NCBI RefSeq assembly: GCF_001194135.2
Contig: NC_068981.1
Location: 147,942,081 to 148,006,080 of the forward strand
Direction of reading: 5' to 3'
Length of the DNA: 64,000 nucleotides
Origin: Octopus bimaculoides
Lineage: Eukaryota
This document shows positions 61,810 to 64,000 of the stretch, in pieces. Numbering within the stretch: the first letter of the stretch is position 1; each line of letters starts with the position of its first letter. Position numbers and translations under genes: made by a program. The notes under the pieces are model-generated. The model searched no databases, was not told the origin of the DNA, and saw only the letters and a program-made list of their open reading frames with translations.

Positions 61810-64000
61810 ATAGGAAGAAAGTAATAACGAGTGAATGAGAATAACGACGAAGGGTTAAAAAGTGTAAAAATAATTGAGATTGAAATAAAATTGAAGTCAA
61901 AACATGAAAAATTATTGAAAGTGGGTAGAAATAAAAACTACATAGTGTAGTAGTACTACGCTAGAGTATCTGTAGAAAGTTGAATGTGATTTCGGAATAT
62001 AACGCGGAAAAATTCGGATCTAAGGAATTTCCCGAAAGTCCTCTCCCCACCTTAAGATTTTCCCCACAAATTACTTTGTAGTCATAATGTATGCCGTTTC
62101 AAAGTTATTTCTATAAAATTTCATTGAAAAAAACCCCATTTTCCTAGAAGTTATAAGAGAAAAGCTCGGATCTTGTTAATTTTCCGAAGTCCTCTCCCCA
62201 CCCTCCCGTTGCTTTGCGCGCATTTTTTTTTTTTAATTTTCATTTCTGGGTCAAAATGTAAACATTAACCTTTTGTGTCTCTAAGTGTCTCTTATATGCC
62301 ACCAAATAGGCACTTATTACATCCGAAAATGAAAAGTTGACTTCTGCAGGATCTGAATTCAGAAAGTAAAAGAACTAACTAGATATTATAACACATTTTG
62401 TCCACCGTTCTACGATTTTGATGGACATCAATTTCTCTAGCACCTACAATAGTATCGATGCTGATTTCTAAAATACATAGAAGGCAACAGATTTTGAAGG
62501 ACACGACCACACTCCATTAAAATGACTCGATTACATCACTAGTACTTTTTTTATTAACTCTGGATGGATGAAAATCAAAATCGACATCTGCGGGATTTGA
62601 ACTCAAAGTAAAGTTTCGTAACTAAATATATCCCGGCAGTTTGTCCCGACACTTAACGATTCTGCCATCTACAGACCAGACACATTGAAAGGAAATCGTC
62701 ACTGAAAGCAATTTCGTCAATGTTTGAGTAAGTTCGGCAATAAACGTGTGGTAGTACCGCATCTAAAATATGACATGATCAATTATTCAGCAGGAATGAA
62801 GAGTTAGTGTAGTTCAGCCACTTATGACTCACTGAAAGCAATCTAGACGGTTTTCAGTTTACATATATATATATGATATAAATTCACGAAAGCCTTATTA
62901 CTTTGAGTGAGTTCGGCGGTTATAATCTACAATCGACTATACATCTAACCCCCAGAATAAAATTGGTTTTCTGTCAAGTCAAACATAAATTATTGTTTTC
63001 ATTTTGCCGCTAATGCATTTGAGAAATGTATGAACATTAAAAATCCTTGTTTCCTTTCCTTCCCTTTATAAAATACAAGGAAAATAATTTTCTGTGATAG
63101 CAAATGGAGGCAAATCTCTCTTAGGTCACGATTTGGCAGATAGTTTTGCGGAAAGGAAAACAATAAACCAGTTTAAAAACAATGTGAAAGCGTATCGATA
63201 TTATTAAAGGCTATTTAGAAAAGCATTAACATCACACAATCTCATTTTCCTTCCCATTTAATATGCGAAGCCTTATTGTTTAGCCCCAGTTTAACCCTGA
63301 TCAAGCAGATCTATGAGCAAACTTTCAGTTCAGCGTTCTTTTGTTTTTGTTGATATTTTTTTCCTGAGCTAATTCGAGAGATTTGGCTGCTATTTCAAGA
63401 AAATCGGCTGACAATGGTAGAGGCTTGGCTTATTGTGAGATCTTTTAATTATAAAATTATATAATATTATATAAGATCATTAGTGAAATTAATTACGTTC
63501 GGTTTTCATTGGAACCTCTAATATATGAATTTTTGTATGACGGGATAATCTATTTGTTTATTAACATCCAGAAAAAAATATTAATAATTTCTCATTTCAT
63601 CAATAAATTTGATATTTCATGTGTATGTAATAAAATGATTAATGAAAAAAACATTGAAAAAATAAGTAATATCACGATAGCTATCACTATTTGATAAAAC
63701 TTGTCAGAAAAGCTATGGTGAATTAATTATTACATAGAGACAAGGTCACAAATTTATAAGAGGTTAAAGTAGATTGTTTAGCTCTTGTCTTATTTTTGAA
63801 AGAGCAATATGAAGTGAGACGATTACAACTGTGATTCGAAATCAGATTTAGAACTCGGCTCATAGCATCGAACTGGGAGAAACGGTCTTAAACACGTTCA
63901 TTTGCATTATGGTCCTAAACTTGGTTCTTTATACTACACTCCAAAACTTGAATAAAAGATTGCACAAAAGAGACTGAAATCAGTTAAAGAAAACACAGAT
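60780..64000. promoter_or_regulatory. CpG-retaining (probably unmethylated) domain
   Basis: About 25 CG dinucleotides counted by eye in 61921-62700, versus 0-2 in similar-length non-young-TE stretches upstream. Confidence 0.5.
61434..61577 (+). CDS. Candidate terminal coding exon (NHTLGISLLLSLRTIDLAGGLVISILDFGDVEEVRKGQVVKTLFRPN*)
   Basis: About 35-nt pyrimidine tract plus cag acceptor, phase 0, 47 codons then TAA; AATAAA downstream near 61885 and 61930. Confidence 0.5.
   Translation, partial: NHTLGISLLLSLRTIDLAGGLVISILDFGDVEEVRKGQVVKTLFRPN

Overview
Eukaryotic, AT-rich, repeat-dense draft-assembly DNA. The repeat types and microsatellite load look like a coleoid cephalopod (Octopus-like); this is inference from remembered repeat families, not a database search. 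N gaps lie at about 10444-10490, 10763-10871, 18707-19175, 27814-28578, 30813-31114, 49539-49823, 51501-51548, 54877-54940 and 58169-58422. No intact, nameable host gene is visible. Most of the window reads like CpG-depleted intronic DNA filled with decayed mobile elements: a 3.2 kb 5'-truncated RTE LINE (10872-14080, minus) plus many 3'-tail copies; a second RTE copy split by a hAT-like element (8-bp TSD) that itself holds a 5'-inverted LINE; a 5'-truncated Ty3/Gypsy pol with 3' LTR; a TIR-complete D,D34D mariner; a non-autonomous Helitron; Tx1- and CR1-like fragments; at least three tRNA-SINE families; and a 190-bp foldback. A few plus-strand exon candidates (best: 59917-60055 spliced to 61434-61577) may be the 3' end of an unidentified gene, and CpG depletion ends abruptly near 60.8 kb. 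The most unusual signal is two unrelated ~330-340-nt tandem units (401-912 and 35401-35877). Each carries a minus-strand type I hammerhead ribozyme fold, and each array stops a few nt from the ribozyme cleavage site, the architecture expected of retrozyme / Penelope-dependent circular-RNA retroelements.
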